Position numbers and translations under genes: made by a program. The notes beneath the pieces were generated by a model, which made no database searches, was not told the DNA's origin, and saw only the letters and a program-made list of their open reading frames with translations. Shown here piece after piece: positions 1-12,879 of a DNA stretch of 64,000 bases; within the stretch, counting starts at the first letter, position 1; every line of letters begins with the position of its first letter. This DNA comes from Lytechinus pictus (taxonomy: Eukaryota). The stretch spans positions 9,736,001-9,800,000 of the forward strand of contig NC_087251.1 in NCBI RefSeq assembly GCF_037042905.1. The letters are read 5' to 3'.

Positions 1-314
1 TATTTCGGTGAAACAGTTCTATGCATGTCTCCAAGAATAATGAGCAAACTGATGGTATCATATCCCTGATTATTGTTTTGTATTTTTTTACGAAATTATA
101 TTGTTCAAACTCTGTCTTCCAAGAATGACAATAATAATTATTTAAATGAAATTATGATAGGTTGGGTCAGGACATCATCAGCCCACGTATTGCGTATTCA
201 TGACGGCGTTATTGAGTATAATGTCATCTGCTAGTGATGAAAACTTTAGCATTCTGCTCGGTGAATTTTAATATATCTAGATTACAATACTTATTTTCAG
301 CCTGGAGTACCCTT
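1..314. mobile_element. Right end of a TTAA-flanked (Kolobok-like) non-autonomous DNA transposon
   Basis: Ends ...ggagtacccttTTAA; interior resembles the 20401-20984 family. Confidence 0.4.
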
Positions 315-2017
315 TTAATATATTTGGGGTGTAGATAATTAATGCTCGGTAATTAGGAGATTTTTAGGGAGGGGTGATAAATTAGAAAATGTGTCCCTAA
401 AATATGTTCTATAAGTACTTAGCATTGGATGGAGTTATTTGGCTGCGATTGATTGATTATCTTGTCAAGGACCTGTCACACGCCGTTTGTCTGCGTCTAA
501 CAGTTTTTACCACACGGCTGCAAATTCATTTTAAACATGTCGTTTGTTAAACTTTACAAATTCATATATTCAAGGACATATTTTTCATTACACCAAAAAC
601 TTATCACATGTTGTTATTCATTTTTGCCTTGTTCAATGTTTGAAATCAAGAATGTGTAAAGAAATAATATTGTGCTTTTATTATATATTCCATTATTCTT
701 CATAAGAAAATAAAATAATGATTATAATACAGAGGATAAGATTATCACAAACATTTTATTCCAATTTCTCTATAATCATTAGCATTACGAGAATGTCTGA
801 TGATAGAATCCCCCGGTAGAATCCTTATCGCTACATCTACATCTACTCTAGATAAGAGACATGATTGTGATGAAATTGTGTAGTGGCCTACTCAATGGGA
901 ATACTTTTAATACTCATTTCATGGCATGTTCATTTATGTAAATTCTTGAACAATGTTTAATAATATCTGTTTTTTTATCTGTACAATTTGTGCTATACTT
1001 TTTTCGGTATATATTGTTCCTTTTGACACACCATGCAAACATAAAATAGATATTTTAATTGATAAGTCTTATCCTCGTGACATAAACTGCTAACGTTGTT
1101 TTAGAAATAGTCCTTTTTCATCATTGCTTTGCAAAAATAAGTCTAGCAACCTGCCCCCCCCCCACCGCTTCACAGAAATTTGATTCCCCCCCCCCCCCAC
1201 ACACACCTTGCCAGAAAATTGTTGGCGGGAAACATAGAGGCATATTCTATTTGACCTCATTGGATATGACGGGAAATTGCTTCTATAAGTGGTAGTGACC
1301 CTTTTTTGGGGGGAGGGAGGCGCTTGTCAGAAACTTTGCCCCCTCCTGACGAGGTTTCCCAGGTATCCCAAATCTTCAGATGGGTAGTCTGTCAGTTAGA
1401 TGGCTGTATTCTCTACCAAGGTGAATATAGCATCGAATGGAAATGTACCCTCTACTGATGCCCCTCATACTCAACTTGATTGGATTTATCTGATGAAGTG
1501 CATGATTTGTAGGTAGAACCTATCTTTAAATGGATCTGGTTTTATTTCCGCTTGGAACAGGGACGTGACTCTCATCAATTAAATCACAAATGACTCCACT
1601 CCCAAACTATACCCAGACTTCTCATCAAAATTATGACTCAATTATTCGGGGGAGTCCATAAATCTAAATTATTAAAAATCACTTGACAACGAGCCATAAA
1701 CAAGTTTAGATGAGAAATCAAAATTTCATCTTTGCATCATTTTGATAGGAACTAATTTCTTTTCTCATTTACATCTTACTTCCATATCTTCGACAAGTTT
1801 GGCTATATGCACTACTTATTTTGTAACTATACGCTCCTTATCCTGAGCTTTTAAAAGGTGCCTTCATAAATTTCCTTTATGTTCTTGGTACCCACTCCTT
1901 TTTAAAGACACCCCGACGCCCCTCCTTGAGATGATTAACAAAGAAAGGTTTCACATTTTTAAATCAAATACACTTGTATTATAATTGTATTTCATCCTAA
2001 AATGAATATTTTCACAG

Positions 2018-2207
2018 CGGAATATGACCAGACTTAGTGGTCGCTATAGCGATTGTCGCAACCCATCCGAGTTTATCGACGGATATGACTACTCCTTACG
2101 AGCCTGTTTGAATGCGTGTTACCAGAGTAAGCTTCGGTATGAATGCGGCTGTGTGAGTGACGTCATGGGTAATACTACAATCTGCAGTACACTAGATCCA
2201 AGACAAG
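2018..2207 (+). CDS. DEG/ENaC/ASIC-family channel, first exon in window (Cys-rich thumb region)
   Basis: ttcacag| acceptor; RNMTRLSGRYSDC...YSLRACLNACYQSKLRYECGC matches the DEG/ENaC Cys pattern; CAAG|gtactg donor, phase 1. Confidence 0.9.
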
Positions 2208-2556
2208 GTACTGATAATCCCATTTTATTTCTAACTTCTAGTTTCACACTTTTGGGCAAGATGGGGGATGGAAATGAAACAAAATATTTAATGGATATTT
2301 TCTGATAATAGTTATTTCCGTGAATCGTATATTTCGGGGCTATATTCCTGCAGTGTTCCGAGGTTTGCATTTATTAGCCACCTTTCCTTGCCAAGGTCTG
2401 TAATACTAATCGCTTTAATAACATTGTATCTATATCAAAATTTCTTTATTATACGATTGGCGTGATTACACTCTTAATATAAATTGGGGTCGGAATATTA
2501 ACAAAAATAACACTTCAAAACAAAACTGAAGAACTCTTCCCGGTTTTTTTTTTTAG

Positions 2557-2629
2557 ATGCTTGTCAGCGGAGAGTAGATGAGATGGCAATGGATGATAAG
2601 CTGGGATGTAAATGTGTTTCACCTTGCAG
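2557..2629 (+). CDS. DEG/ENaC channel exon (thumb, C-x-C-x-x-P-C)
   Basis: ttttag| acceptor; DACQRRVDEMAMDDKLGCKCVSPC; TGCAG|gtatgt donor; phases join both neighbours. Confidence 0.88.
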
Positions 2630-2947
2630 GTATGTGTTGCATTATCAGGCATGAATTGACGGAATGCATGTGTTAAACAACTTAAATCTTTTTCCCCTTT
2701 TAAATTGTGAGGCTTCAGGTCTCTCACTTACGGTTTTAGGAGTTTAATCTTTTAACTACATGTTCTATCAATTGCTAAAGTTTCGGAGAGGACACCTTGG
2801 ACAGAGATAGATTTGACGACATTGGAAGATAAAATTGTCTGAAGAGTAGGGATAAAGGTGAAGAGAACATTCTATGTTTGCTGCATATATACAGGTGTTC
2901 TTAGAGTCAAAAACATTATAAATCAAGTAACGTCTAACTATTCTTAT

Positions 2948-3488
2948 CAAGGGCGTAGGCTGGTATGGGCATGGGGAGGTGGAACTAAAGTGGTATTGGT
3001 GTGCACATTTTGGGGAGGTGGAACTAAAGTTTGGAAAATCAGCTGTTGAAAGCAAAAGAAGGGATACAAATTTCGCTTTGCTTGCCAGTGTAAGAAATCC
3101 TCCGCCTCAGAATAGAAAACGTATCTCACTAATAAAATAACGCGAGCAAAAAGTGCGAGTTTTTTTATATTGATATTCAGACCTAAAAAGAGTACATTTT
3201 AAAGCATGAAAAAGATGATTGTATTACTAAATCAAGCAAAGAAAAGTTTGAAACGCAAGGAAAAATATTGTTGACTTGAAAAAACGGAATGTTTTTAGCT
3301 CTATTTAATCCTTTTGAACGAGATAACATGAGCGCTAGGAGAAGACATACATGTAGGCGATAAGCAAATTATATTCAATCAAATTATGAAAAAAAACGTT
3401 TTTATTCGTGTTTTTTACACTATTATTTTTGTTTTTACTAGCCGATTAGGAGGCATGCATGTGCCCCCTTCCCGTAGTTACGCCATTA
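2948..3488. mobile_element. Non-autonomous DNA transposon with 5-bp TSD
   Basis: Termini caagggcgtag / ttacgccatta are imperfect inverted repeats; flanked by CTTAT on both sides. Confidence 0.55.
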
Positions 3489-4157
3489 CTTATAAACAAT
3501 AATCTCGGAAAGGACATTTTTGTAATTGTATTAGCACTCTATTTACGGTTTCTACTAACAAAGAATCAAATTATCCGTAGCTTTGGGGGTTTTCAAGTTT
3601 TAAACAATTGCATTTCACAAATCAAAGTTCAGACTGGTAAAACAATTCCTAATGATTGTCAATCATAATAGGGCCTAGTTGTGAGGGGTCAAAATATGAA
3701 TAAAGAAAAGAAATGTAAAACTGATTTTACCCTGTAAAGTGCCAGATATGGTAAATTTAAAGAAGTAAACCTGTCTTTCAGTACTTATTTCTTTTCTCTC
3801 ACAGGATGCTATTGCAGGGCCTAACAGTTTGACATTTAGATTTGAGATTTCCCTACAAATATTTATTTTTATGATGTACAGAAGGCATTTACGATGGAAT
3901 TACTTCATTGTGAAAGAATCTTTATTCCCTATGGCTATAAAGAGATTTTTAATGTCCTAAAAATCAAGATGAAAATACAAATGAATAAAATTATTGTTTT
4001 TATTTTTTTATATTTATTTATTCATTTATTTATTTATTATTTTCTTCTTTATTTATTACCATAATCTCAATAGAATATCATTACAAAACTTCCTTGTTAT
4101 TATGATGTGTATTTTGATACAAACTGATTTTCAATCTTACTGTTATTTATTCCACAG

Positions 4158-4215
4158 TGAGATCGACTACGAGAGGTTCGCATCATTTTCAAAATGGCCA
4201 ACAGAGAGGGCCGAT
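4158..4215 (+). CDS. DEG/ENaC channel exon (W-P motif)
   Basis: ccacag| acceptor; SEIDYERFASFSKWPTERAD; GAT|gtaagt donor. Confidence 0.88.
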
Positions 4216-5155
4216 GTAAGTTCCTTATGCCAAGGTATTGCTGAAATATAACTTTCCCGTTACGCGTTTTTCACTGGTCGGTACATGAGAAAATTTATAT
4301 ATTTGTGTTTTGTTTTAAAACGTTCTCCCATTATATTCTTCATTTCTTGGCATCTTATAATTGAGTTCCATAATGTATGCTGTATTGTGATTGGTTTTGG
4401 TTTTACGAGGATGTGTTTAGAAAGGGCAGCCTGTGGATCTTGGTCATTTATGGTTGGTCAATTCCACACTCAGGCTGTCCAACCTGGTGCACCCATAGAA
4501 ATTGAAATAAACTTAAATTGATGTTGTTTTTATTGAAACATGTGCAAAAATAAGAAAACTTTATAAAATATTATCCAATAAATAATAAACGAAGCAAGTA
4601 GAGCACATTTTCGTCTATTTTTCAAAGTATCAATATTGAATCAAGACATAATTCCATCAACTTGATGTTATGTTCAAGAATAAAAAATGTCAACAATATC
4701 TTGCTGACTCCATAATATTTACTTTTGAATATTCTATAGGCTCAGGGATATAGAATCAATGATTTACTTAGCTTACGTTTAAGAATAAGATATTCCTTAG
4801 ATTAATATTTTTACAGTTCATCATCTTAATCATTACGTGCGACGATGTGTGGCATTTGTTGAATATCTAAATAAAACGAAATTTTACTTTTCATTTTTTA
4901 TTTAATTCAGACGACAACATTGTTATAACAATTCGTATTTTTAATGACGGCATGCACGTGTCAATGTCAACATGAATCAAATGGCCTGATTTTTATGTTT
5001 CTTTCGAAATATGAAATAATTCAGCAGAAGGTGTAGTTTGGCGAATTGATGAATTAAGTTCACGAATTTGTATGTAATTAATAACGGTTCAAAGTTCTTT
5101 GGTAAAATTCTAAGGCATTTGATTCGTGTCTTATCATATTTTCATTTGAACACAG

Positions 5156-5229
5156 GCATATCTAACGAAGAAGATTAATAAACGAAACAGAAAGGCAGGG
5201 AATATGACAGTGGACGCATCGTTTAGAAG
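5156..5229 (+). CDS. DEG/ENaC channel exon (knuckle region)
   Basis: cacag| acceptor; AYLTKKINKRNRKAGNMTVDASFRR; AG|gtaaca donor; supplies the phase 0 to 2 bridge needed between flanking exons. Confidence 0.8.
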
Positions 5230-5806
5230 GTAACACTCATCTTCTTTAAACATAAATGCGAAAATGATTATCTTAAAAATGTATTCGTATATGGATCTTT
5301 CTTATAATGTTTGCTTAGCTTGAGTGATGATTTTTTAAAATCTTACTTGATACACAAAAGATATTTTTTGTTAGCTTATGCCCATTACTCTCGTAAACAT
5401 CGCCGCGTCGCGATGTTGGTGCATAGATTCGTTGAAACTTTCTGATCTACTCCACACAATATACATGATACTCCCAAAACGTTAAAATTGCTATGTTAAG
5501 ATCCAGTTATATAGTTTCAATCTTCGTTTTAGTTATATTTGACTTTTTTTCTAGTCACACTTGACTCGAACAGAGTGATTTTTTACTAAACTATCTTACG
5601 CATAACATATTTATGCACCGAGCTTATTATTATTAAACGATCAGTCTAGTCATTTTACTAGCTTGTTTTTTATAATGTAGATCTAGGAGGGTGTGTGCGT
5701 GTGGGTGTGTGTGTGTTCTATGTTTTAAAAATCATGATAAGATAGATAATGTATGCACAAGTCACGCTTCTCGCCGCAATCCTATCATATTGTATTTTTC
5801 TTACAG

Positions 5807-5882
5807 GAAAAATTTGGTTCGCGTAGAAATCTTCTATGAAAAACTTAATTACGAATCGTACACACAAATGCCCAAATACACG
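5807..5882 (+). CDS. DEG/ENaC channel exon (pre-TM2 beta strands)
   Basis: ttacag| acceptor; KNLVRVEIFYEKLNYESYTQMPKYT is a typical family motif; ACG|gtaaga donor. Confidence 0.92.
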
Positions 5883-6831
5883 GTAAGAATTATTTTGCAT
5901 TGCATTTTTGAATTGTTAATTTCTAATGAAAGTGATGTTTTGTGACAAAAGTCATGATCACTGATATTATTTCCATTTATTTTCTTTATAGAAAAGTAGG
6001 CCTATAATTTTTGATAACTCTTATTAATGCTTCATGATTTGAAAAAAATAAAGTTAATTTTAGTTGTGCTATGTGATCCTTTTCTTTGAATGCATGGTTC
6101 GAATGACATTGATATTTTTTGGCGAAATGAAGTCAGGAATAATGAACATAAGCAAGATTTTTTTGACATGCGTCATCAGGGTCACTAAAAAATACCATTA
6201 TTAAAAAAATTTAATGTAACGTGTGATTTGTCCAGAAAATAATACTTGCCTAACATGGCTAAAAATGAAATCTATCATGTCTATAACATTTACGCTGATA
6301 TAAAGTTTGTCATCTGAACCTGGGCACTCCTTCAGATAGTCTGAGTTGCAGGTAGGAAATACACCTTTCCAGTCGGCGGCAGACGTACTATCAATGTTAT
6401 AGGCCCAAGGAAGATTTTATTTTGGATAGAAGCTTTATACAATGTAATTGAGAGACGGCAAATGGAAGAACAATGATAAAATCCATGCGAGCATGCTTAG
6501 ATGCAAGCTGAATAATGGACGTGCAGTGCATCATATTTTGTCTTAATTATGTCATGAAAAACCTGAAGATAGATCGTGTTTATGTTCCCTCGTGTGCAAA
6601 TAGAGGGACCGTTCAGGTAGATAAGCGTTGTTCTGCTACCATTATCAATAAGAATGATGTCGATGATTATTAATCGACATCATCGACAGTGCAATGACAT
6701 TCTTTCGTCACTAACTCAGATGTGAAAAAAAATCAGGACTCAGACCATACTGGTTGAATATGCCCGGCCGTTTCACAGTCCATTGGACTACTATTAATAT
6801 TAATATGCATATCACCTTCTCGCCTTCACAG

Positions 6832-7113
6832 TTTGGAAGCCTTCTTGGAGGTATCGGAGGTATAATGGGTTTCTTCGCTGGGATGTCTCTCATCACTGTC
6901 TTCGAACTCTGTGGTTTCATCATCCAACTTCTTGGTCTGCTATGTGGTAGACTGACCACGCCCATACCGGAAGATGGTAATGAAGGGGAGACTCCTCCTT
7001 CACCTCATGAGTCACGTATTGGTAAGGTAGGTCGTCGTCTTACCAAGGCATTTCGTCATCATCCTCACCATGGTCGTGGCGGGTCATCCACAGCTCAACC
7101 TACCGATTTGTGA
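6832..7113 (+). CDS. DEG/ENaC channel last exon (TM2, GxS filter, cytoplasmic tail)
   Basis: ttcacag| acceptor; FGSLLGGIGGIMGFFAGMSLITVFE = TM2 with G-M-S filter; stop TGA ends 7113. Confidence 0.93.
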   Translation, partial: FGSLLGGIGGIMGFFAGMSLITVFELCGFIIQLLGLLCGRLTTPIPEDGNEGETPPSPHESRIGKVGRRLTKAFRHHPHHGRGGSSTAQPTDL

Positions 7114-8879
7114 AGTCATTGTAAACGTAGATAGACTATTTACAGATATGAAAACCAATGAATGTAGTATGGAGAAGTCATTGATATTATTTAATCTTGT
7201 ATAGAAGCTATCAGGTTTTTTTTTTTTTTTTTAGAAATGCTTGTAATATGATCATGACATGCATGCATTCTTTACAATATTTTTAATTTTATATTTGAAT
7301 ATACAGCCAGCATGAAAGCTTGTGAATTTGTGTGATATCATCAAGTAGGTATAGACCTAAAGCATGTGTATAAGAATAGTATATAGTAAATATATCAGTA
7401 CAAATGGCTTAGCATAGCTGAATTTGTATTATAAATTATCGACCGCGTTGCCTTTTCTGTTCTTTTTACTTGCATTTAAATTTGCTAAGCTTCTTCGTCT
7501 ACATACATGTATGCGTGTCATTTTTTTTTTTTGCATTCCTATACATAAACGAATTTCGATTGTTATTATCTTGAATATTATACGATGTAACGATATGACA
7601 TGTATCATTTGTATTAAGCAAACGAATTTGAATATTCCTCCTTTAGAAAAGTGGCTAATATTAGGCCTAAAATTACAATGGATAGCTCAGAGGTCCTTGT
7701 TAAAAGTTGGCGGACCGGGATAGCAGATAGTCCTAATAAACGGACTGGAAGAAAAATTACAAATATGTCGTTTGTCCAAGAGTCCAAGACGACACCGCTA
7801 TTTTGATTCACCGATTTTCGACAAAGACTGCTTTGTTATGAAGGGCTTTGTTTGGACAATTAGATTCTCTGCGTTCCAGAAGGCATCTTTGTAGTTGTTG
7901 AGAATATCATACGTCCCTCGCAACATATATCAAGCCTAGAATACATGTTACACAATGTGATATAATATCTTTGTCATGACTTTGTAACCTATATATTTCA
8001 TAAATTTAAATGAATCGATAACTCCTATTATAATTCGTTATAACATTCATTATGTTGTAGGATTACGATTGAGCATATAAACCTTTAACAGACCCTATAC
8101 GCTGTTACCTGTGGCCTTTTGCACACAAAAATCCATAAAAAACCTCTGGCAAATAAACAAATATTCTAGCAAACAAAATCATTATTTTATGCAACAGGCC
8201 TATGGGGGGCGATTCAGGAAAGTTGTCAGCAATGACTAAATTATCAGCGTGACAAATTTTAATAAATATGTGGTTTATGCTTGTTAGATAGGCACTGGCT
8301 GACCGTTACTATGCACTATCAGAGAATGAAGAATTGTTGGTACTTCGTGTAATGAAACTGTGCCCCCAGGGTCCCATTTCATAAAAAAAGTTGCTATGTT
8401 TCTAGCTCTTGCTGGGAAGTCAACTTTCATTGGAAGACCCAATCGGGATGCCGAATTTTCACTGTTGTCATGGTAGTTGACATTCCAGAAAGAATTGCTA
8501 TCATATCAGCTTTTCGGTTTCAACACGAAACCATATCTATGGCATACAAATGGTATATTGCTCTGATGAATGACCTAATAAGCATGTTTTTTTTTTATCA
8601 AAAAGAAGGATACTTCTTAAAGCTGTTAATCATTCAGGCATTGCGAATTTGAGGGGGAAAAATGTGTCGGGGCTATGAAAGGGCTGATAATAAAAATATC
8701 CAATTCAGAATTTAAGTGTAACAGTGTGTGTAATTCTTTAAAGAAAAAATGATTCAACTTTATTTTCATAAAGCAATCGTAAATGATATGCGAAAAGCAT
8801 GAAATGGATTGAAAGTTTGTGATAATTGGATTTGTACAGCGCTTTTTCAAGAGGATAAAAAGTGTTGTTAATGGCATAA

Positions 8880-9160
8880 GGCAAGTTAATGTTTATAGTT
8901 ATTCTGCAGGTGTGTTTTAAGATGTTTTTGATGAGGTCAAGAGAATAGATGTTTCGGAGAGATAGATGGAGTTTGTTCCAAAGACGGGGGCAAGAGATTG
9001 AAAAAAAAAATGAAGCCGGTCTGTATTCTGGATTGAGGAATGACAAAAGAAGGAGCAGATGTAAAACGAAGAGAGTATGTTGATCTCTGTTGCTGAAAAA
9101 GTGAAGAAATGTAAAAAGGAATTGTGGTAGACAGAAATTCACAAGTTTTAACAAGTAATC
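8880..9160 (-). mobile_element. 3' fragment of a CR1/L2-group LINE
   Basis: FSISCPRLWNKLHLSLRNIYSLDLIKNILK resembles the C-terminus of the LINE at 10008 (GPKLWNSL...LNRFK). Confidence 0.55.
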
Positions 9161-9321
9161 GACATATTCTCAGTCAGAAACATGTAGCCAATTAAATTCA
9201 TTTTTATGCTACAGTCAACTCAGAGCGGCGACCGACCAATAGTAGCCTGCTTAGGCGCTGCTGGAATCAGGCATAGCCCAACGCTTTTTGTAGAAGTCGA
9301 AAAGGATGTAAAAATACTTAA

Positions 9322-11836
9322 AGGTCTAGTCCACCTCAGAAAATGTTGATTTGAGTCAAAAGAGAAAAATCATCAAAATCGGATGAAAAATAAGAAAGTG
9401 ATGACATTTTAAAGTTTTGCTCATTTTTCACGAAATAGTTATATAGAAAGTCAAAGTCAAAGTCATCGACGAGGAAATAGTTATATGCACAATTTAGTCA
9501 CATGCAAATGAGAAAATCGATGATGTCCCTCACTATTTCTTTTGTTTTTTATTGTTTGAATTATACATTTCAATTTTTACAGATTTGGACCAACTTGACT
9601 GAACCATAAAATGTTAAACAATAGTGGTTCCAAACGTTCAGGGAAAATTTATTTATTTATTTATTTATTGATATATTCATATTCCACAATCATCAAAGTA
9701 CATTTATAATAAATCATTTTAACACTGAAAAAAATGCATAACACACAGGATTGAAACGTAGCAATGAAATGAAAAAAGTGGAGGGGCCTACTAAAAAGCA
9801 AAGCTTGTAAAATGTAGACCCCCTATCAAAATTTTATACAAGGGTAATATGATATAAGTAGAGTAAAATAATCAGCAAAATTCTATAAAATTATATATAA
9901 ACACTGTAACACAAATGTATTTACACTATATACAAAATTAAATATTGACTTTAAAATAATCAATACTACCGTGGGTAAGTATGAGGTTCACAAAATATTT
10001 GATTGAATCAATAAGAATTCAGAATAAATTTTTTTTTGAGTAATTTAAATCGGTTTAGATTAGCTGCCTCTTTTATTACTCTGTCCAGAGAATTCCAGAG
10101 TTTTGGTCCTGTGAAAAATACAGTTTTGCTAGAAAATACTGTTCTACTTTTGGGTAAGTGATAGTCATTTGAATGTCTCGTATTATATGAATGTAAAGTA
10201 TTGTTTTTCATAAATATCTTTTGTAGGACATTAGGTACACTATTTCTATCTAGCTGATACATGAATTGGAATAGTTGCAAGCGGTACAGGTCATTGACTT
10301 TAAGGATACGTTTATGACGAAACAATTAATCTGTATGAGCTCTAAAGGACATATTGCATATTATTCTCAGTACTTTTTTTCTGAAGTAGCAAGACTTTAT
10401 TGAGTCTCGTTTGAGAGGCATTACCCCATGCCAGAATTCCATAATTAAGATATGGTAGAATTAATGCACAATACAACATGGATAGCGCCTGTGCTGGAAG
10501 AGCGTTTTTAAGCTTATTGATGACTCCAATATTTCTTGCCACAGTTTTGCAAATATTGTTGATATGAGCATTCCACGTAAGCTTGTGATCAATAGTAAGA
10601 CCTAAGAATTTTGTTGTTTGCACTTCTTTGATTTCAGTATTATCTAAAAGTATTTGATGCGGTAGATGTTTCAATGAATGACTAAAAAGCATATAATTAG
10701 TTTTTTGCAGATTCAATGACAGTTTGTTGGCTTTAATCCAGTTTGTTACTTTTTTAAATTCTGCATTCATAGTGCTCACAAGTACATGTGGATCATGATG
10801 TGTAAAGAAAATATTGGAATCATCAGCAAAAAGAATAAATGAGAGAACATGAGATGAATTTTTCATATCATTAACATAAAGTACAAATAGCAAAGGGCCA
10901 AGAATACTACCTTGTGGAATTCCACAGGAAACTGGCCTTGTTGGAGATTCTGATTCATTTACTGTAACAAACTGAATTCTATCAGTAAGATAACTCCTAA
11001 ACCATTGTAAAGCTGTCCCTCTGATACCGTAATTTGATAGCTTACATAATAGTATTTCATGATCTATTGTATCAAACGCTTTTGAGAAGTCGAGGAATAA
11101 CCCTACGGTGTGATCAGAATCGACAAAAGAAGTAGATATTTTATTTATTAATGTCAATATAGCATGAGTTGTATTATCTTTTTCTCTAAAACCGAATTGA
11201 TTATCACATATAATACTATATTTCTTAAGGAAAGCAACTGTCCTTTTATAAATTATCCTTTCAAGAATTTTTGAGAACGAAGTTAACAAAGATATTGGGC
11301 GGTAATTACTAGTAATTAATTGGTCTCCCTTCTTGAAAATGGGTATAACTTTAGCTATTTTCATCTTCTTTGGGACCTGGCCAAGCTGCAACGATAAATT
11401 AAATATATGAAGCAGAGGATCAGCAAGAGAATGTATAATGTTTTTCACAACTCTATTTGTAATGCCATCATAACCGGGAGTCTTTTCTGCTTTCAAATTA
11501 AATACAATCTCAAGTAATTCTTCTCTATGAACTGGAGTAAGAAATATTGAACTTTCATTTGAAACTTTGTTTCACAGGACGATGAGGTGAAAATTAGAAT
11601 ATTTCATATTTCATATGATAAAATACAAAATAAATAGTGAGTACGTGATGTCATCACTTCCCTCATTTGCATACCGACGGGGATGTGCATTTAACTATTT
11701 TGTGAATTTAAGCGAAACTTCAACATGTTATAACTTTCTTATTTTACATTCGATTTTGATGAAATTTTCAGTGTTGTGCTAGTTGAATTTTTCTCTTTTT
11801 ATTCAAATCAACTTTTTGTTGGGATGGACTTGTCCT
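9322..11836. mobile_element. Kolobok-like TTAA MITE, split by a LINE
   Basis: TTAA|aggtctagtccacc ... gatggacttgtcct|TTAT; the halves 9322-9648 and 11560-11836 rejoin to match intact copy 20401-20984 (inverted). Confidence 0.75.
9649..11560 (-). mobile_element. 5'-truncated CR1/L2-group (Crack/Daphne-like) LINE with reverse transcriptase
   Basis: ORF 10342-11496: YRPISLL, QFGFR, DFSKAFD, GIPQGSILGPLLF, FADD; frameshift in an A-run near 10375 plus a stop near 10326; (TAAA)n 3' tail at ~9650-9670. Confidence 0.93.
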
Positions 11837-11839
11837 TTA

Positions 11840-12375
11840 TCGGTGGCCGAGCGGTGCCCTGCCGATTACCCATTACTCAAGGCCAAATCTGGGTCAAATC
11901 GGGGAACTTTTCTGTTTGACGTCCGAGCAGTGATCGACCCTCCGATTCCCGGCCGGCGGTCTTCCACCGGCCACCGGCCTAATTTAAGTCGCCCGGCCGA
12001 TTATTGAATTCGCCGCGAGATCATCGACCGATCTATGAGCGGCCAGCATACGGCGACCGGTCGATGACCACTCGACAGCTTTTGATCCAACGTGTTCAAT
12101 TTTTGACCTAAATCGTTCGACGGCGACCACTCGATAACGTCGGCGCCCGGATGGCGACCACCCGGGCACCGATCGTATTTAGGGCGGCGCGTAAAAAGTG
12201 AGCAGGCGCCGCCAGAAGTTTAACTCCGCGCAAAATCTTGAGCGGCGACCGAGCGATGCCCCCAAAACCAGTGGTGCCCAGACGGCCGCCGCTCGGTGCC
12301 CGAGCGAAATTGGCTAAAAACTCGCTGCCCCGGTCGCCGAGCAGGCTGATTTTGGGGGTTGTGACCTAAGCCTTA
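11840..12375. mobile_element. GC-rich Harbinger-like element end
   Basis: Sharp GC/CpG jump, repeated CGGCGACC motifs, terminus tgtgacctaagcc|tta. Confidence 0.5.
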
Positions 12376-12639
12376 GGCATGAAGCCATTTTGGTTTTTGA
12401 CAGATTAGGCGTGCACATTTATTTAAAGCAGGGGTCGGCACATCCAACGGTTTCAAATCCAAGCTTCCAGATTCCGAGAGCACATTGCTCCACGGAGCCT
12501 GCATGAGTGCATGTTTGGGGTGTAGTCAGGGTGAAGTGTGAAAAAGACATTTGGAGGAAAACTGTTATCCAATGTCTTCTGCAATTATGTCAAAGTGAAA
12601 CAATTTTTTTTTCAAACTCTATTCTTACGTCACTGATGA

Positions 12640-12879
12640 TGGCAATAGTAGTGCACGCGTCTCGTGGCGCCTCGATCCAGGCGCCATGCGCATGAGCTAC
12701 ATTCATCATTTTTTTGATGCGCGTTGAAAACAAAAATAGGGCGGGTGCGAAATACATTTGAGCTAAATTTTCGGATGGGGCATCGATACTGAATTTATGC
12801 TAAGCTGCATGAAAATCTTCCAAAAGTTGTTAAATTTAGATATATCTGCCTTGAGTGTCAAAATCTAACTACTGTCAAC
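12640..12879 (+). promoter_or_regulatory. Probable promoter/5'UTR of the uncharacterised gene
   Basis: CpG-rich patch with TGCGCATG (NRF1-like) and GGGCGG just upstream of ATG 12880. Confidence 0.35.

Noticed and set aside
11783..12375. GC-rich island with short ORFs as bacterial contamination or HGT
   Set aside because: No coherent protein; repeated motifs and a transposon-like terminus explain it.
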